A stretch of 64,000 nt of DNA from a virus (Duplodnaviria; Caudoviricetes). Where the stretch lies: the IMG/VR virus record IMGVR_UViG_3300043803_000118, positions 6,480 to 70,479 of that record. One strand, written 5' to 3'. Below the pieces are notes generated by a model, which did no database searches, was not told where the DNA came from, and worked only from the letters and a program-made list of their open reading frames with translations. The position numbers were made by a program, and so were the translations under genes. Below, one piece after another: positions 1 to 9,716 of the stretch; position 1 is the first letter of the stretch; each line of letters starts with the position of its first letter.

Positions 1-1
1 T

Positions 2-217
2 GTTGGATCCTGCAGCCTGCTGCAAGTCCCAAGGTACACCGTTACTATAGTATAAATTATCTGTCAGTATACCATAGGCAGGATTAGTGTTGCTAATCGC
101 AACGTTTCCTACGAAAGTACCTTTATTTGCTGTGATATCTGCATTCGCTAGTATCACATTAGCAGGGATTTCTCCTACTGAGAAGCCGCCTACTGAATTT
201 AGTGGTTTAAGTGCCAT
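2..217 (-). CDS. 5' part of an Asn-rich fibre-like virion protein (truncated by window edge), paralogue of the 254..3232 gene
   Basis: Not in the ORF track. ATG at 217 with GGAG upstream; reads MALKPLNSVGGFSVGEIPANVILANADITANKGTFVGNVAISNTNPAYGILTDNLYYSNGVPWDLQQAAGSN. The N-terminus matches the neighbour's FNTLGGYSVG. Confidence 0.75.
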   Translation of the reverse strand, partial: MALKPLNSVGGFSVGEIPANVILANADITANKGTFVGNVAISNTNPAYGILTDNLYYSNGVPWDLQQAAGSN

Positions 218-241
218 GTTTGATAATCTCCATCATTTTAG

Positions 242-248
242 TATTTAT
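242..248 (-). promoter_or_regulatory. T4-type late promoter core ATAAATA
   Basis: Motif lies in the short intergenic gap upstream of the ATG at 217; the same motif recurs upstream of many structural genes. Confidence 0.55.
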
Positions 249-253
249 CAATA

Positions 254-3232
254 CTAGTCATAATATGCTGTCACCATCATTTTGTGCGTCATTAAGTTTG
301 CACTCTGTGGTGACATAACAAGTTGTATAGTAGCAGGGCTTATCACGTTTCCTGCATTATATAATACTTGAAAATCCCCTGTATACCCATTTACGGGTAA
401 CGTACTGTATTCTACATAATTTAAGGATGATCCTATGCGTACACATGAGATTTTCACAAAATTACGTATATTATTGTCTGTCGAAATAATTGTATAATCA
501 ACCCCTGCTACATTACCCCCGCTCACTCCGTCATCTGCTTCGATAGATAACAAGATTTGATTAGGAGAAACACTACTTGTAGTAGCAAAATAAACGTTAC
601 TATAACTAAACTGATAGATTCCTGAACCTATAGTTAAAGCATTCGCAGTTAAATTACCGGCGATTTGAACGTTATTAGATACCTCGTTAAATGTCAAGAA
701 TGGACTGCCGGCAAATGTACCTTGACTATTATATTGAATCTGAGTATTACTACCGCCCGGTGTGCCTCCACCGTTGCCGCCGCCTGCATTTTTCCAACTT
801 AAGTTACCTGAACCGTCTGTGCTGAGTACATATCCATTAACACCGCCACTGATATGTATGTTGGCCACGTTTCCTAAATTGACATTCGCAGATCCATCTG
901 TGTTTAAATTGCCTGCTACTGTCAATGTCCTAGTTGCTAGCAACGTAGTGTTTGATAAACTTATGGTACCACTTAAGTTCGCTGTTCCTGTAGCAGTAAA
1001 GTTGGCAGTATTCAGCGTTGTCAACACATTCATCGTACCTGCAACGTTGGCATTGCCTCCCAAGTACATATAATTCGTTACTTTATTCCAAGTTAACGTA
1101 TTGTCTCCGCCGAATTCGCCGGCATCATTAAATTGTATCTGTGTATCTAATCCGCCAGGGATGCCATTGCCTCCGCCACCATTTGCTTGTGCTACCCAAC
1201 TTAGATTACCTGCTCCGTCTGTGCTTAATACATAGTTGGCATTGCCGCCCAATATAGTGATGTTTGCTATATTTCCTAGATTGCTCTGTCCTACCACAGT
1301 CAATGATGACAGATTACCTATACTTGTGATGTTAGGTTGTGCCGGAGTAGTCAATGTGCCTATTAATAAATTAGCCTGCACATAATTACCTGCATTCAAG
1401 TTGCCAGTAATATTAATATTGCTACCTACACCTATGCCACTCATACTACCATTAAATGTTATATTACCGTTACTATTTGGTACGCTTGTATTAACATTTA
1501 ACCAGCCCACATTTCCTAGATAGTTTATATTCTGTTGTGAGTTTGTAGTTAATGTTCCAGAAATAAAATTCGCTGTTAGTAGATTACCAGCATTCACGTT
1601 ACCTGCTGTAATGTTTCCTGTGACTGCTAATGTATTAGCATTGGCTAGATTTGAGGAAATATTTGAAACGTTTAGTGTATTTGTGATCGTGACATTGCCG
1701 GATACCGACAACTGATTTAAAGCGTTATTCCAAATGAAGTTGGTACTACCAGCAAAACTGCCGTTGTCATTATATTGAATCTGTGTGTTACTGCCACCTG
1801 GGGTGCCGTTACCGTTTCCACCTACGCCCCAACTCAAATTGCCGGTGCCGTCAGTAGTCAACACATAACCATTAGTACCGCCGCCAATTCTTACATTTCC
1901 TACACTACCTAGATTAGAAATACCATTAACGTTTAATGATGTTAATGTACCTAGACTTGTGATATTAGGTTGTGCATTTACTGATACTGTTCCGGCTAAT
2001 AATGCTGTTGCTGAGTAATTTGCATTTGTAGCATTTGTTGCAAAATTTGCTGAATTTGCTGAATTTGCTGTTAACGCGCTGTTTGCAACTCCATATAGAT
2101 TACCTACAAAATAGTTTGCAGATACACTATTACCTAATGTTGTGTTACCGCTGACAGTCAATGATGTGAGCGTACCTAAACTTGTAATGTTAGGTTGTGC
2201 TCCTAACGTTACATTTCTAGCAAGATTGGCTACACCGAACAAATTACCGATGAAATAGTTTGAAACTACTTGATTTCCTAATGTAGTGTTACCAACAACA
2301 GTTAAACTAGTTAGATTGCCTACACTTGTGATGTTTGGTTGTGCTGATGTATAAACAGTGCCTGCGACTAATGCATTTGCTACTTGACCTGATACATTTG
2401 CGCCGGCTACATTATTCGCTACGTTAGCAAATCCTACTTGACCACTGACATTTGCTCCTGCTACATTATTTGCTACGTTAGCGAAAGCAACTTGACCACT
2501 GACATTGGCTCCAACTAAACCAAATAAATTATATCCATTACCTGCAAAATAACTAGCATTGATCCAGTTAGCATTTGTTATATTGGCTGACAATGTGATA
2601 TTTGATGCTAAAACATTTGTTACTGATAACGTGCTATAAATCGTAGCATCTGTTACCGATAAATTTACGCCGGTAATAGCATTGCCGGAAGATATAGTAT
2701 TTGCTACTGAAAGAGTATTGCTGACCTTGTTATAAGTGAATCCTGCATCTCCGCCGAATACACCTGCATCATTAAACTGAACTTGTGTGTTTGCACCGCC
2801 GGGAACACCGTTTCCTGTATTACCGCCGTTACCTGCAGGCGCCCATGTGAGATTACCTGCACCGTCAGTCTGTAAGAAATATCCGTTAGTACCACCTAAG
2901 ATGACAACGTTTGATACGTTGCCTAAGTTGGCATTACTACCTACTTGAAGTTTAGTTACTGCTAGAACATTAGTAGAACTGTTGAATGTGAATGCTGAAC
3001 TCGCGCCCAACAATCCGTTGTTATTGTACTGAACTTGTGTGTTTGACCCTGAAGCACCTATGCTTAGTGGTGAACCATTCGCATAAAAATATGCATTAGC
3101 AAATACACGATTAGCGGTGACGTTGGAGTTAGGTGCGTTGACGTTATTGACAACGTTACCATTAGCATCTATTACTAACTCCGGCGGGATACCAACTGAG
3201 TACCCACCAAGCGTGTTAAACGGTTCTGACAT
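254..3232 (-). CDS. Repetitive Asn/Gly/Thr-rich fibre or surface structural protein (992 aa)
   Basis: Five GxNTQ(V/I)Q(Y/F)N-like units, four LGNV..V.I.GG.NGYVL.TDG.GNL.W units and four AQPNITS(V/L/I)G.L(T/S)SL units; very few charged residues. Confidence 0.7.
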   Translation of the reverse strand: MSEPFNTLGGYSVGIPPELVIDANGNVVNNVNAPNSNVTANRVFANAYFYANGSPLSIGASGSNTQVQYNNNGLLGASSAFTFNSSTNVLAVTKLQVGSNANLGNVSNVVILGGTNGYFLQTDGAGNLTWAPAGNGGNTGNGVPGGANTQVQFNDAGVFGGDAGFTYNKVSNTLSVANTISSGNAITGVNLSVTDATIYSTLSVTNVLASNITLSANITNANWINASYFAGNGYNLFGLVGANVSGQVAFANVANNVAGANVSGQVGFANVANNVAGANVSGQVANALVAGTVYTSAQPNITSVGNLTSLTVVGNTTLGNQVVSNYFIGNLFGVANLARNVTLGAQPNITSLGTLTSLTVSGNTTLGNSVSANYFVGNLYGVANSALTANSANSANFATNATNANYSATALLAGTVSVNAQPNITSLGTLTSLNVNGISNLGSVGNVRIGGGTNGYVLTTDGTGNLSWGVGGNGNGTPGGSNTQIQYNDNGSFAGSTNFIWNNALNQLSVSGNVTITNTLNVSNISSNLANANTLAVTGNITAGNVNAGNLLTANFISGTLTTNSQQNINYLGNVGWLNVNTSVPNSNGNITFNGSMSGIGVGSNINITGNLNAGNYVQANLLIGTLTTPAQPNITSIGNLSSLTVVGQSNLGNIANITILGGNANYVLSTDGAGNLSWVAQANGGGGNGIPGGLDTQIQFNDAGEFGGDNTLTWNKVTNYMYLGGNANVAGTMNVLTTLNTANFTATGTANLSGTISLSNTTLLATRTLTVAGNLNTDGSANVNLGNVANIHISGGVNGYVLSTDGSGNLSWKNAGGGNGGGTPGGSNTQIQYNSQGTFAGSPFLTFNEVSNNVQIAGNLTANALTIGSGIYQFSYSNVYFATTSSVSPNQILLSIEADDGVSGGNVAGVDYTIISTDNNIRNFVKISCVRIGSSLNYVEYSTLPVNGYTGDFQVLYNAGNVISPATIQLVMSPQSANLMTHKMMVTAYYD
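2378..2513 (-). repeat. Imperfect 54-bp in-frame tandem repeat (GANVSGQVxFANVANNVA, about 2.5 copies)
   Basis: Visible in the translation and in the DNA (acttgaccactgacatt recurs at 54-nt spacing); boundaries approximate. Confidence 0.75.
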
Positions 3233-3256
3233 TATTATACAAGTCCTCTATTATTA

Positions 3257-3263
3257 TATTTAT
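3257..3263 (-). promoter_or_regulatory. Late promoter core ATAAATA for the 992-aa gene
   Basis: gATAAATAt followed by SD-like GAGGA before the ATG at 3232. Confidence 0.6.
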
Positions 3264-3314
3264 CAAATATCTTTTGGGTAGACCACTAAAAAAAGAACCA
3301 ACTAGAACTTTTTT

Positions 3315-3321
3315 CTAAATA
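3315..3321 (+). promoter_or_regulatory. Late promoter core CTAAATA, 5 nt before the ATG (leaderless)
   Basis: ctaaata-tcagt-ATG(3327), with no SD. Confidence 0.5.
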
Positions 3322-3326
3322 TCAGT

Positions 3327-3695
3327 ATGTTAACAAAGCAAAAATCTCGCCCTGTATGTAGTCATTGCGGTCTAGTACCGGCGAAACCTAATGGCATAAG
3401 CAAGTTAGGATTCAAAAAATGGCACAAATATTGTGTAGATTGTAGCAAGATGATGTATAATGACAACTACAAGCATCTACAAAACAAGGGTGATCGTTGT
3501 GATTTTTGCGGATTTAAAGCAGTAGACAAATGCCAACTAGAAGTAGTCTTTAAAGATGGTAATAAGAAAAACAAGAAATCCGGAAATCTTAAAACATGTT
3601 GTAAAAATTGCGGAAGCCTATATAAAAAACGTCTTCGTAAAGGTAAGAAGTCAGTGATGAACATGACTGTCGATACAGATATTAGAATCGCATAA
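3327..3695 (+). CDS. Basic Zn-binding protein with a degenerate HNH-like domain
   Basis: Four CxxC pairs; CDFCGF...QLEVVFKDGNKKN...NLKTCCKNC mirrors the HNH pattern LxVDHxDGNxxNN..NL..LCxNCH but lacks both histidines. Confidence 0.6.
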   Translation: MLTKQKSRPVCSHCGLVPAKPNGISKLGFKKWHKYCVDCSKMMYNDNYKHLQNKGDRCDFCGFKAVDKCQLEVVFKDGNKKNKKSGNLKTCCKNCGSLYKKRLRKGKKSVMNMTVDTDIRIA

Positions 3696-3726
3696 AAAGA
3701 AAGGGCGCCGAAGCGCCCAATCTTTT
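3694..3726. terminator. Rho-independent terminator between the convergent HNH-like and capsid genes
   Basis: Minus strand: GGGCGC-UUCG-GCGCCC followed by UUUCUUUUU; a shorter U-run follows on the plus strand. Confidence 0.85.
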
Positions 3727-3744
3727 GAACAACAAATCCAACTA

Positions 3745-4941
3745 TTATTGGAATGTTAAGTTCTGTACAGCGATCTCACCAACGTAGTCCGCAGCATTAC
3801 CGAATGATGATGCTGTGTTAGTTAATTCGATATAGCCATAACGTGTCATGAATGACACGACTGGTTCGAATGTTGATGGATCTAGAACAACGCCGCTTGA
3901 CATCAATGGGATGTATGGGCAGTAGAACGCGGCTGCGTCAGTCTCACTTGAACCCTTATAACCAACCAATACTGGCTGAGTATCTGGGGCGTATGAGTCA
4001 ACGAATACGCGCATTGCACCGTTCAATGTACCAACGAACTTAGTGTTAGTTGGGGCTTCGAATGTGCCTTCAGTTGTTCTTGCGAATGCTGAAGTTGTTG
4101 CTGACTGTAGAACAGTCAATGATGCTGGTGATACAACTGCCCAGTTACCTGCACCGCGACGAGTGCGCTGTGCAATCAAGTTTGCAACGCGGTTGATTAG
4201 AACTGCTAGAGCAGCATGTTCGTCACCGACGTATGTTGCAGTACCTGATACTGTTGCTTGGTTGTATGTGAACTCTGTTGAAGCAAGAGTACGCAATGAC
4301 AACAAGATTTCTTGATCGATTTCAGCAGTGATTTCTTGGGCAAGTGCTGCCATGATTTCTGCTTCGATGTCGATACCGTGCTGTGACTGTGCATCCTGTG
4401 CTGCTTCAAATGTCCAACGTGCTTGCAACTTACGTGACTTGGCTTCAACAGCCTGACGCAAGATTTGTACGCTGATCTGCTTACCACCGTTACCTTCAAG
4501 GGCAGCAGTATCATTACCAGTGTAGTAATTTGATGTAGTTGCGCCTGATGGTGAACGTGAATAGGCCTGAGCAATTTTGAATGGGCTCAATGCTTCTTCA
4601 CCAGCAGTTACGCTTGTTGCGGCTGCTGAGTTGTCAGTCAATGACTGAGCGTAACGCACACGTAGTGTGTGGATCTGACCAACTGGACCAGTCATTGGCT
4701 GAACGCCGACTAGTTCGTTAGCGATAACAGTTGGCATAACACGACGAATTACTGGAAGAATAACGCGATTTAGTGTTGCGATATTACCAGCAGTTGTTGT
4801 GCCAGCAGTAGATTCTGCGAGCAACTGCTTCTTGGTGTTCTCTAATATAACACCCATTGTGGAACGACGAGTTCCCTTCAAGCCTTCTAGTAGGGCCTCT
4901 TTTGTCTCGTCCCAACGGCTTTCTAAGAGTACTTTTGACAT
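3745..4941 (-). CDS. gp23: Major capsid protein, T4 gp23-like
   Basis: Motifs LPVIRRVMP, GVQPMTGPVGQIHTLR, VEAKSRKLQARWTFEAAQD, EITAEIDQEI, GYKGSSETDAAAFYCPYIPL, FEPVVSFMTRYG. Confidence 0.97.
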   Translation of the reverse strand: MSKVLLESRWDETKEALLEGLKGTRRSTMGVILENTKKQLLAESTAGTTTAGNIATLNRVILPVIRRVMPTVIANELVGVQPMTGPVGQIHTLRVRYAQSLTDNSAAATSVTAGEEALSPFKIAQAYSRSPSGATTSNYYTGNDTAALEGNGGKQISVQILRQAVEAKSRKLQARWTFEAAQDAQSQHGIDIEAEIMAALAQEITAEIDQEILLSLRTLASTEFTYNQATVSGTATYVGDEHAALAVLINRVANLIAQRTRRGAGNWAVVSPASLTVLQSATTSAFARTTEGTFEAPTNTKFVGTLNGAMRVFVDSYAPDTQPVLVGYKGSSETDAAAFYCPYIPLMSSGVVLDPSTFEPVVSFMTRYGYIELTNTASSFGNAADYVGEIAVQNLTFQ

Positions 4942-4965
4942 TTGTATTATCTCCTAATCTATGTC

Positions 4966-6078
4966 TTACTTAAGCCCTGCCAGACGCTTGAGATCGATCA
5001 CATTATTTTGCAATTCTGGATCTTGCTCAACTTTCTTATTGGCAGTTTCTTTATCACCAGTTACTTCTTTTACAACACTTTCTGTGAGGGCAGTTTTAGC
5101 GCCTGCTTTTTCACTTCCAGTATTAAGAACTGCTGGTAGATACTTGTCGAAAGCGGCTTTCAATTTTGGTGTCTGCACGCTTTCAAGCAAAGCCTTCATT
5201 ACATCAGCCTTCTCTTTGTTTAGAGGAGATAGAAGTTTTTCCATATCCTTTTCACGCTGAGTTGATTCTTTTATAATTCGGACTTCACGATCCTTTGTTT
5301 CGACTAACTTCTGGGCTTCTATAGCCTTTGAAGTAGCCTCAGCCAATGCTCTTTCTTTTTCTGCAATAACTGAATGAAGTTTGCGAGCCTCTGCCTTATC
5401 GTTTAGATAAGTTACAGAGTATTCACTTGCAAACGCTTCAAACAACTTGCGTCCAAAAGCATTTTCTCGGGCTGTTTTGATGTCTTCTCTGAGTTGTGAT
5501 AGTTCACCCTTCAAATGACCAGTAACAGCGGCGTTGACTCTCTTAGCACTTTCTGCAACAAATTTTTGCTTGAGTGCTTCAAGTTTCTCACGACCTTCTG
5601 CGACCAACTTGACACGAGCCTCAACAACTGCTTGTTTGTCTTGATTAAATTCCTTGATCTCTTTTGCAAGAGCATGTACAATGAATTTCTCTAACTTTTG
5701 TTGATTCTCTGTCTGGACTTTACGATCATTACGTAGTTCTCTGATTTCTTCGGCTAGTTTAGTAACCATGAACTCATTGAACTTCGATGCATTTTCTTGC
5801 AATTTGATCTTAGCCTTTACGCGGTCTTCGTTTAAAGCCTTTCTCTCATCGTGAAATTCTGCAATTTCAGTTGAGAGGCTTTCTGTTACCATCTTATCAA
5901 GGGCTTCAACCATCACGCTACGATCATGCTCGTAACGTTGCGCAAACTCTTCTCGGAGTTCTGCACGTACTTGATCGCGGGCTTCAGTCAACTTTGACTC
6001 CCAGACCTTTTGAATTTCGCCTGAGACTTCTTCATTGATTAGACCACTCTCTAGTAATGGTTTGATAGCATCTAACAT
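4966..6078 (-). CDS. Prohead core/scaffolding protein (gp22-like position)
   Basis: Long E/K-rich coiled coil between protease and capsid genes; multiple LxES-type protease sites. Confidence 0.8.
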   Translation of the reverse strand: MLDAIKPLLESGLINEEVSGEIQKVWESKLTEARDQVRAELREEFAQRYEHDRSVMVEALDKMVTESLSTEIAEFHDERKALNEDRVKAKIKLQENASKFNEFMVTKLAEEIRELRNDRKVQTENQQKLEKFIVHALAKEIKEFNQDKQAVVEARVKLVAEGREKLEALKQKFVAESAKRVNAAVTGHLKGELSQLREDIKTARENAFGRKLFEAFASEYSVTYLNDKAEARKLHSVIAEKERALAEATSKAIEAQKLVETKDREVRIIKESTQREKDMEKLLSPLNKEKADVMKALLESVQTPKLKAAFDKYLPAVLNTGSEKAGAKTALTESVVKEVTGDKETANKKVEQDPELQNNVIDLKRLAGLK

Positions 6079-6082
6079 GCTT

Positions 6083-6730
6083 TTATCCCCTATTATTTAA
6101 TTTAAGATCCTTGATGAGACGTTTAACTTCCTCACCTAAGTATCTTTGTACCTTTTTGTCGCCCCTTGCTTCTCTAGCGATATCCATAACTTTATGACCA
6201 TGCTTCATATTCATGAGGCTTTCGTATATTGCTTTAGGATATGCGTTAGGTGCGCTTGGTTGTGCGACTATATCTACAGTGATGATTTCAAAATCACTGA
6301 CCTTGCCATCTAAGTCGTTCACATTACCTGATCCACGACTTGAAACGCCTAGTTTCACACCGCTCTCCAACATAGTTCTTACTAATTGACCCATTGGAGT
6401 TGGTAGAATTTTTAATTTACCGAAACCGTTTGCGCCATCCATCCACATACTTGTGATCATATGACTTACACGGTCTAGGTTAATCTTTAAATCGTCTGGG
6501 TGATCTACTTCACCCAACACTGAATAACCTTCAGATATTTGCTTGTTCAACGTTTCGACTGCGGTCTCAATTTCAGAAATGGGGTAAACACGCTCATTTG
6601 CGTTCTTTACCCCTCCCTGAATGAAGATACCCTTCATATAGAGGGTCTTCAGATCGCCGTCTTCCTTTACGGATTCGACAACCATGTTCGCTCTATCGAA
6701 CGTTAGGTGCTCTTTGAGATACAAAGCCAT
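6083..6730 (-). CDS. gp21: Prohead core protease, T4 gp21-like
   Basis: GIFIQG..KNAN.RVYP, LGEVDHP, INLDRVSH, KLGVSSRGSG, DIVAQPSAPNAY. Confidence 0.95.
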   Translation of the reverse strand: MALYLKEHLTFDRANMVVESVKEDGDLKTLYMKGIFIQGGVKNANERVYPISEIETAVETLNKQISEGYSVLGEVDHPDDLKINLDRVSHMITSMWMDGANGFGKLKILPTPMGQLVRTMLESGVKLGVSSRGSGNVNDLDGKVSDFEIITVDIVAQPSAPNAYPKAIYESLMNMKHGHKVMDIAREARGDKKVQRYLGEEVKRLIKDLKLNNRG

Positions 6731-6752
6731 TGTTCTCCAAGTTTCCTTTTAA

Positions 6753-7547
6753 TTAGCCTTTGGCCACGATGCTCTTGCTATTTGCAGAGCCATCTTTGGT
6801 TACGGGTTTTGGTGCAGCAGTTAAATCAACTTTTGCTTTACCACCTGGTACGTTCTTGAATGAACCTGCACCTGGTAGATCGCCTTCTTTCTTGCTGTAC
6901 TCATTTGATGGGCCTTTTGGACCATTTGGTACAGACTCAGCAGCGCCTGCGAATTTGACAGGCTTGCTGTCCATTCCCTTTGCTCCTGAATTTGCTGTTA
7001 CTGGGCTCTTTGTTTGAGCGCCATTATCACCGTGTGTTACTGATACTTTCTGAAGTTGTACTGCTTCCATAACTTCTTCTTCCATAGCATCATCTGACAT
7101 TTCCATCATGTCATCTTCAACTTCTTCTTCGTCGCCCATGTCTGCGTCACCGCTCATGAGTGATTCAAATTCAGCCATTAGATCATCTAGTTTATCTTTG
7201 ATGTCGCCTAAGTCAGCCTTATCAACTGAACCTTCTTCATCATGATCTGCTTCTAGATCGCCAGTTAAATCGTCGCCTGCTTCTTCTGCTTCATCGTCAA
7301 AATCGATGTCTGCTTCGTCTTCGGCTTCTACAACGTCACCTGACTCTTCGGCTGAGATTTCGTCCATTAGATCGCCTACTTCGCCCACCATTGATGATTC
7401 TTCAGTATCCATCATCTCTTCATCCATGATTGACTCATAGATTTCACGGGACTTTTCGACCACGATCTCGTGGAATAATTCTTTTGCTCTGTCTTCTTGC
7501 TCATTGATAATGAGGTCAATAAGCTGTTCAAATTTCTTGTTTTCCAT
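6753..7547 (-). CDS. Highly acidic prohead core protein
   Basis: D/E-rich middle, basic G/P/K-rich C-terminus; lies between portal and protease; SD AGGAG. Confidence 0.65.
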   Translation of the reverse strand: MENKKFEQLIDLIINEQEDRAKELFHEIVVEKSREIYESIMDEEMMDTEESSMVGEVGDLMDEISAEESGDVVEAEDEADIDFDDEAEEAGDDLTGDLEADHDEEGSVDKADLGDIKDKLDDLMAEFESLMSGDADMGDEEEVEDDMMEMSDDAMEEEVMEAVQLQKVSVTHGDNGAQTKSPVTANSGAKGMDSKPVKFAGAAESVPNGPKGPSNEYSKKEGDLPGAGSFKNVPGGKAKVDLTAAPKPVTKDGSANSKSIVAKG

Positions 7548-7583
7548 TGTAAGTTCTCCTGGTTAAAAATGGCTTTGTAAAAT

Positions 7584-7590
7584 TATTTAG
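7584..7590 (-). promoter_or_regulatory. Late promoter core CTAAATA for the head operon
   Basis: Motif upstream of the SD and the ATG at 7547. Confidence 0.55.
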
Positions 7591-7665
7591 TGCGTAGTTA
7601 TAAAAAGCACTCAATAAGTGCTATTTTTTTACGTTTTTGTGGAAATAAGGCTAAGAATAGCCAGA

Positions 7666-7896
7666 TTAGGCAGCAGCCTGTTCTTGAGGCTGATTGGCCG
7701 CGCCATACTGCTCACGCACTTTCTTTAGATGTTCTCTCTTTTCATAGTTACGAACATCCAACATCTTGCGCAATTTACGCAATTGTTTCAACGTTAATTT
7801 AGTTTTGCGTGAAGTTCTCCATACAGGTTTGCTGTTATCTTGATTGACATCTTGATAACCTGCTATTGGAGCATCAAACATTTCAAATAGTTTCAT
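7666..7896 (-). CDS. Small head-module protein (76 aa)
   Basis: MKLFEMF start; basic helix RKTKLTLKQLRKLRKM; directly follows the portal gene. Confidence 0.7.
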   Translation of the reverse strand: MKLFEMFDAPIAGYQDVNQDNSKPVWRTSRKTKLTLKQLRKLRKMLDVRNYEKREHLKKVREQYGAANQPQEQAAA

Positions 7897-7901
7897 ACTA
7901 T

Positions 7902-7908
7902 TATTTAT
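7902..7908 (-). promoter_or_regulatory. Late promoter core ATAAATA, 5 nt before the ATG at 7896
   Basis: ataaata-atagt-ATG, with no SD. Confidence 0.55.
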
Positions 7909-7909
7909 C

Positions 7910-9709
7910 TTATACTGGTGGACTTGCGGGAGTAGCGGGTGCCGCGGCGCCGCCTGTTTCAGGTCCTGTTCCCGCAGGAGTTGCGCTTACTGGGCCTGCA
8001 ACATCCATACCTTCTTCACCTTCAGGAGGTGCCTCCATCTCGTCTCCAGTCTGTTCGTCTGTTTCGATGTCAGCATTACTTACACCCACGCTACGTAGAT
8101 CGTTGCCTTTAGGTTCCTCTAACGGTTCTTTGCCGTTCTCTTCACGCCACATCTTCTCATTTTGTGTTATCTCTTCTTCAGATAAACCTAAGAAACGTTC
8201 CATAGCAAAACGTTTACTCATGTATGGAAACGCTTCCATTGTTTGGAATACACTAACTCTGGCTGTATCTAATTCGCTTTGGCGATATGCAGCAAAGTTC
8301 TGTGGTGGATTGAATGTTAATTTAAAGAGACCACTATCAATATTGAAGCCTCTCCAACGTAAGAACAATTTGAACTCTTCGTCTAGTGTGATAGACATAT
8401 AGTTCTGTAGTCTTTCGCAATATTGATTAAAACGATATTCTTGAATCAATGCTGTGCCAACACGACCATCACTTAATGGTCTATCGCTGTCATCTGGACC
8501 TGTTGGTAAATATGAACTTGGTACACGCAATCCACGTGCTAATCTGTTATTGAAATAACGCAAGTCATCGATCTCGCCTAGATTCTGACCACCTGGCATG
8601 ACTTCTACACTTGATCCACGACCATCTGCTGTGACGGGAAAGAAATAGTCTTCGTTCATCGACAGTGGATTATACGTAGCATCTACGATAGATTGCCCAC
8701 CATACACGCTTGGTATTCTACGTTGATGAATCTCATTCTTGATACGCTCAACGAATGCCATAGCCATGTGACTTGGCATGTTACCTACATCAATCTTGAA
8801 CAATCTACGTTCTGGTGCACGTTGAACACGATAGATTAGCACAGCATCTTCAAGCAATTCTTTTTGCTTATAGACTTTGAAGATGTTTTCTAATATACTC
8901 TGACCAAACGGCCAAAATCTATCTAAACCTTCAGTCAGACTTAAATGTACTATATGTTTCGCATCAATAGCGGCTTCACTCTGACCTAATGTAAAACGGC
9001 TACCAGATGTATTGTATGGCATTGCTGGAACTGTGTATGGCGTGTTAGTTCCGCCTCCACTACCGCCTAATCCAGTTGCGGGGTTAGCGGCAAAATCAGT
9101 GTTCGTTTTTTGAGCCACCGATAGATTCTGTAAATTAATATTAAGGTCTTTAATAACATATTGTTCCGGTAATTTACCTTCACTCTCATTGACAATGACT
9201 TTGATCACTTTGACCATATCGACCCAATATAGTTTAAAGTTTTCCGGGTCGCGAACGAATACTTGATCACCGTATTTGACAACGTTACGGAATATCTTAA
9301 AGATTCTTTGATCAAATTCGTTTAATTTACACCATTGCTGTAACTGTTGCTTCAATATATTAACTTCATGAGGTGTGGGATCTTCAGTGAAATCAATATT
9401 GAATGGTGTGCCATTGTGTTCGTTCTTCTGTGTACTGAATTCTGAAATGATGTCTAAACATGCGTTGATTTCTGCGTCAACGTCCATCATCTCATACTGA
9501 TTATAACGTTCTATTCTATTTGGATGCCCTGTATAAACTTCAGGGAGCCTACTCATATAGTTGCGGTATCCCCAATCGGCATTATTATAGCCGTCGCTAA
9601 CACCCCCATTATTATTTGGGCTATTGTTCCATGTGCCCGAATTGCTGTTAGCGCCGCTAATAGGGCTAGTGAAACCGGATTTGTTTAAGAATCGTTTAAC
9701 GTATGGCAT
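7910..9709 (-). CDS. gp20: Portal protein, T4 gp20-like
   Basis: LLEDAVLIYRVQRAPERRLFKIDVGNMP, EDYFFP, PGGQNLGEIDD..YF...L.RGLRVP.SYL. Confidence 0.96.
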   Translation of the reverse strand: MPYVKRFLNKSGFTSPISGANSNSGTWNNSPNNNGGVSDGYNNADWGYRNYMSRLPEVYTGHPNRIERYNQYEMMDVDAEINACLDIISEFSTQKNEHNGTPFNIDFTEDPTPHEVNILKQQLQQWCKLNEFDQRIFKIFRNVVKYGDQVFVRDPENFKLYWVDMVKVIKVIVNESEGKLPEQYVIKDLNINLQNLSVAQKTNTDFAANPATGLGGSGGGTNTPYTVPAMPYNTSGSRFTLGQSEAAIDAKHIVHLSLTEGLDRFWPFGQSILENIFKVYKQKELLEDAVLIYRVQRAPERRLFKIDVGNMPSHMAMAFVERIKNEIHQRRIPSVYGGQSIVDATYNPLSMNEDYFFPVTADGRGSSVEVMPGGQNLGEIDDLRYFNNRLARGLRVPSSYLPTGPDDSDRPLSDGRVGTALIQEYRFNQYCERLQNYMSITLDEEFKLFLRWRGFNIDSGLFKLTFNPPQNFAAYRQSELDTARVSVFQTMEAFPYMSKRFAMERFLGLSEEEITQNEKMWREENGKEPLEEPKGNDLRSVGVSNADIETDEQTGDEMEAPPEGEEGMDVAGPVSATPAGTGPETGGAAAPATPASPPV

Positions 9710-9716
9710 TGTCTAG

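Noticed and set aside
7602-7630. AGCACT/AGTGCT hairpin flanked by A- and T-runs
   Set aside because: Plausible weak terminator, but too short and AT-rich to call.
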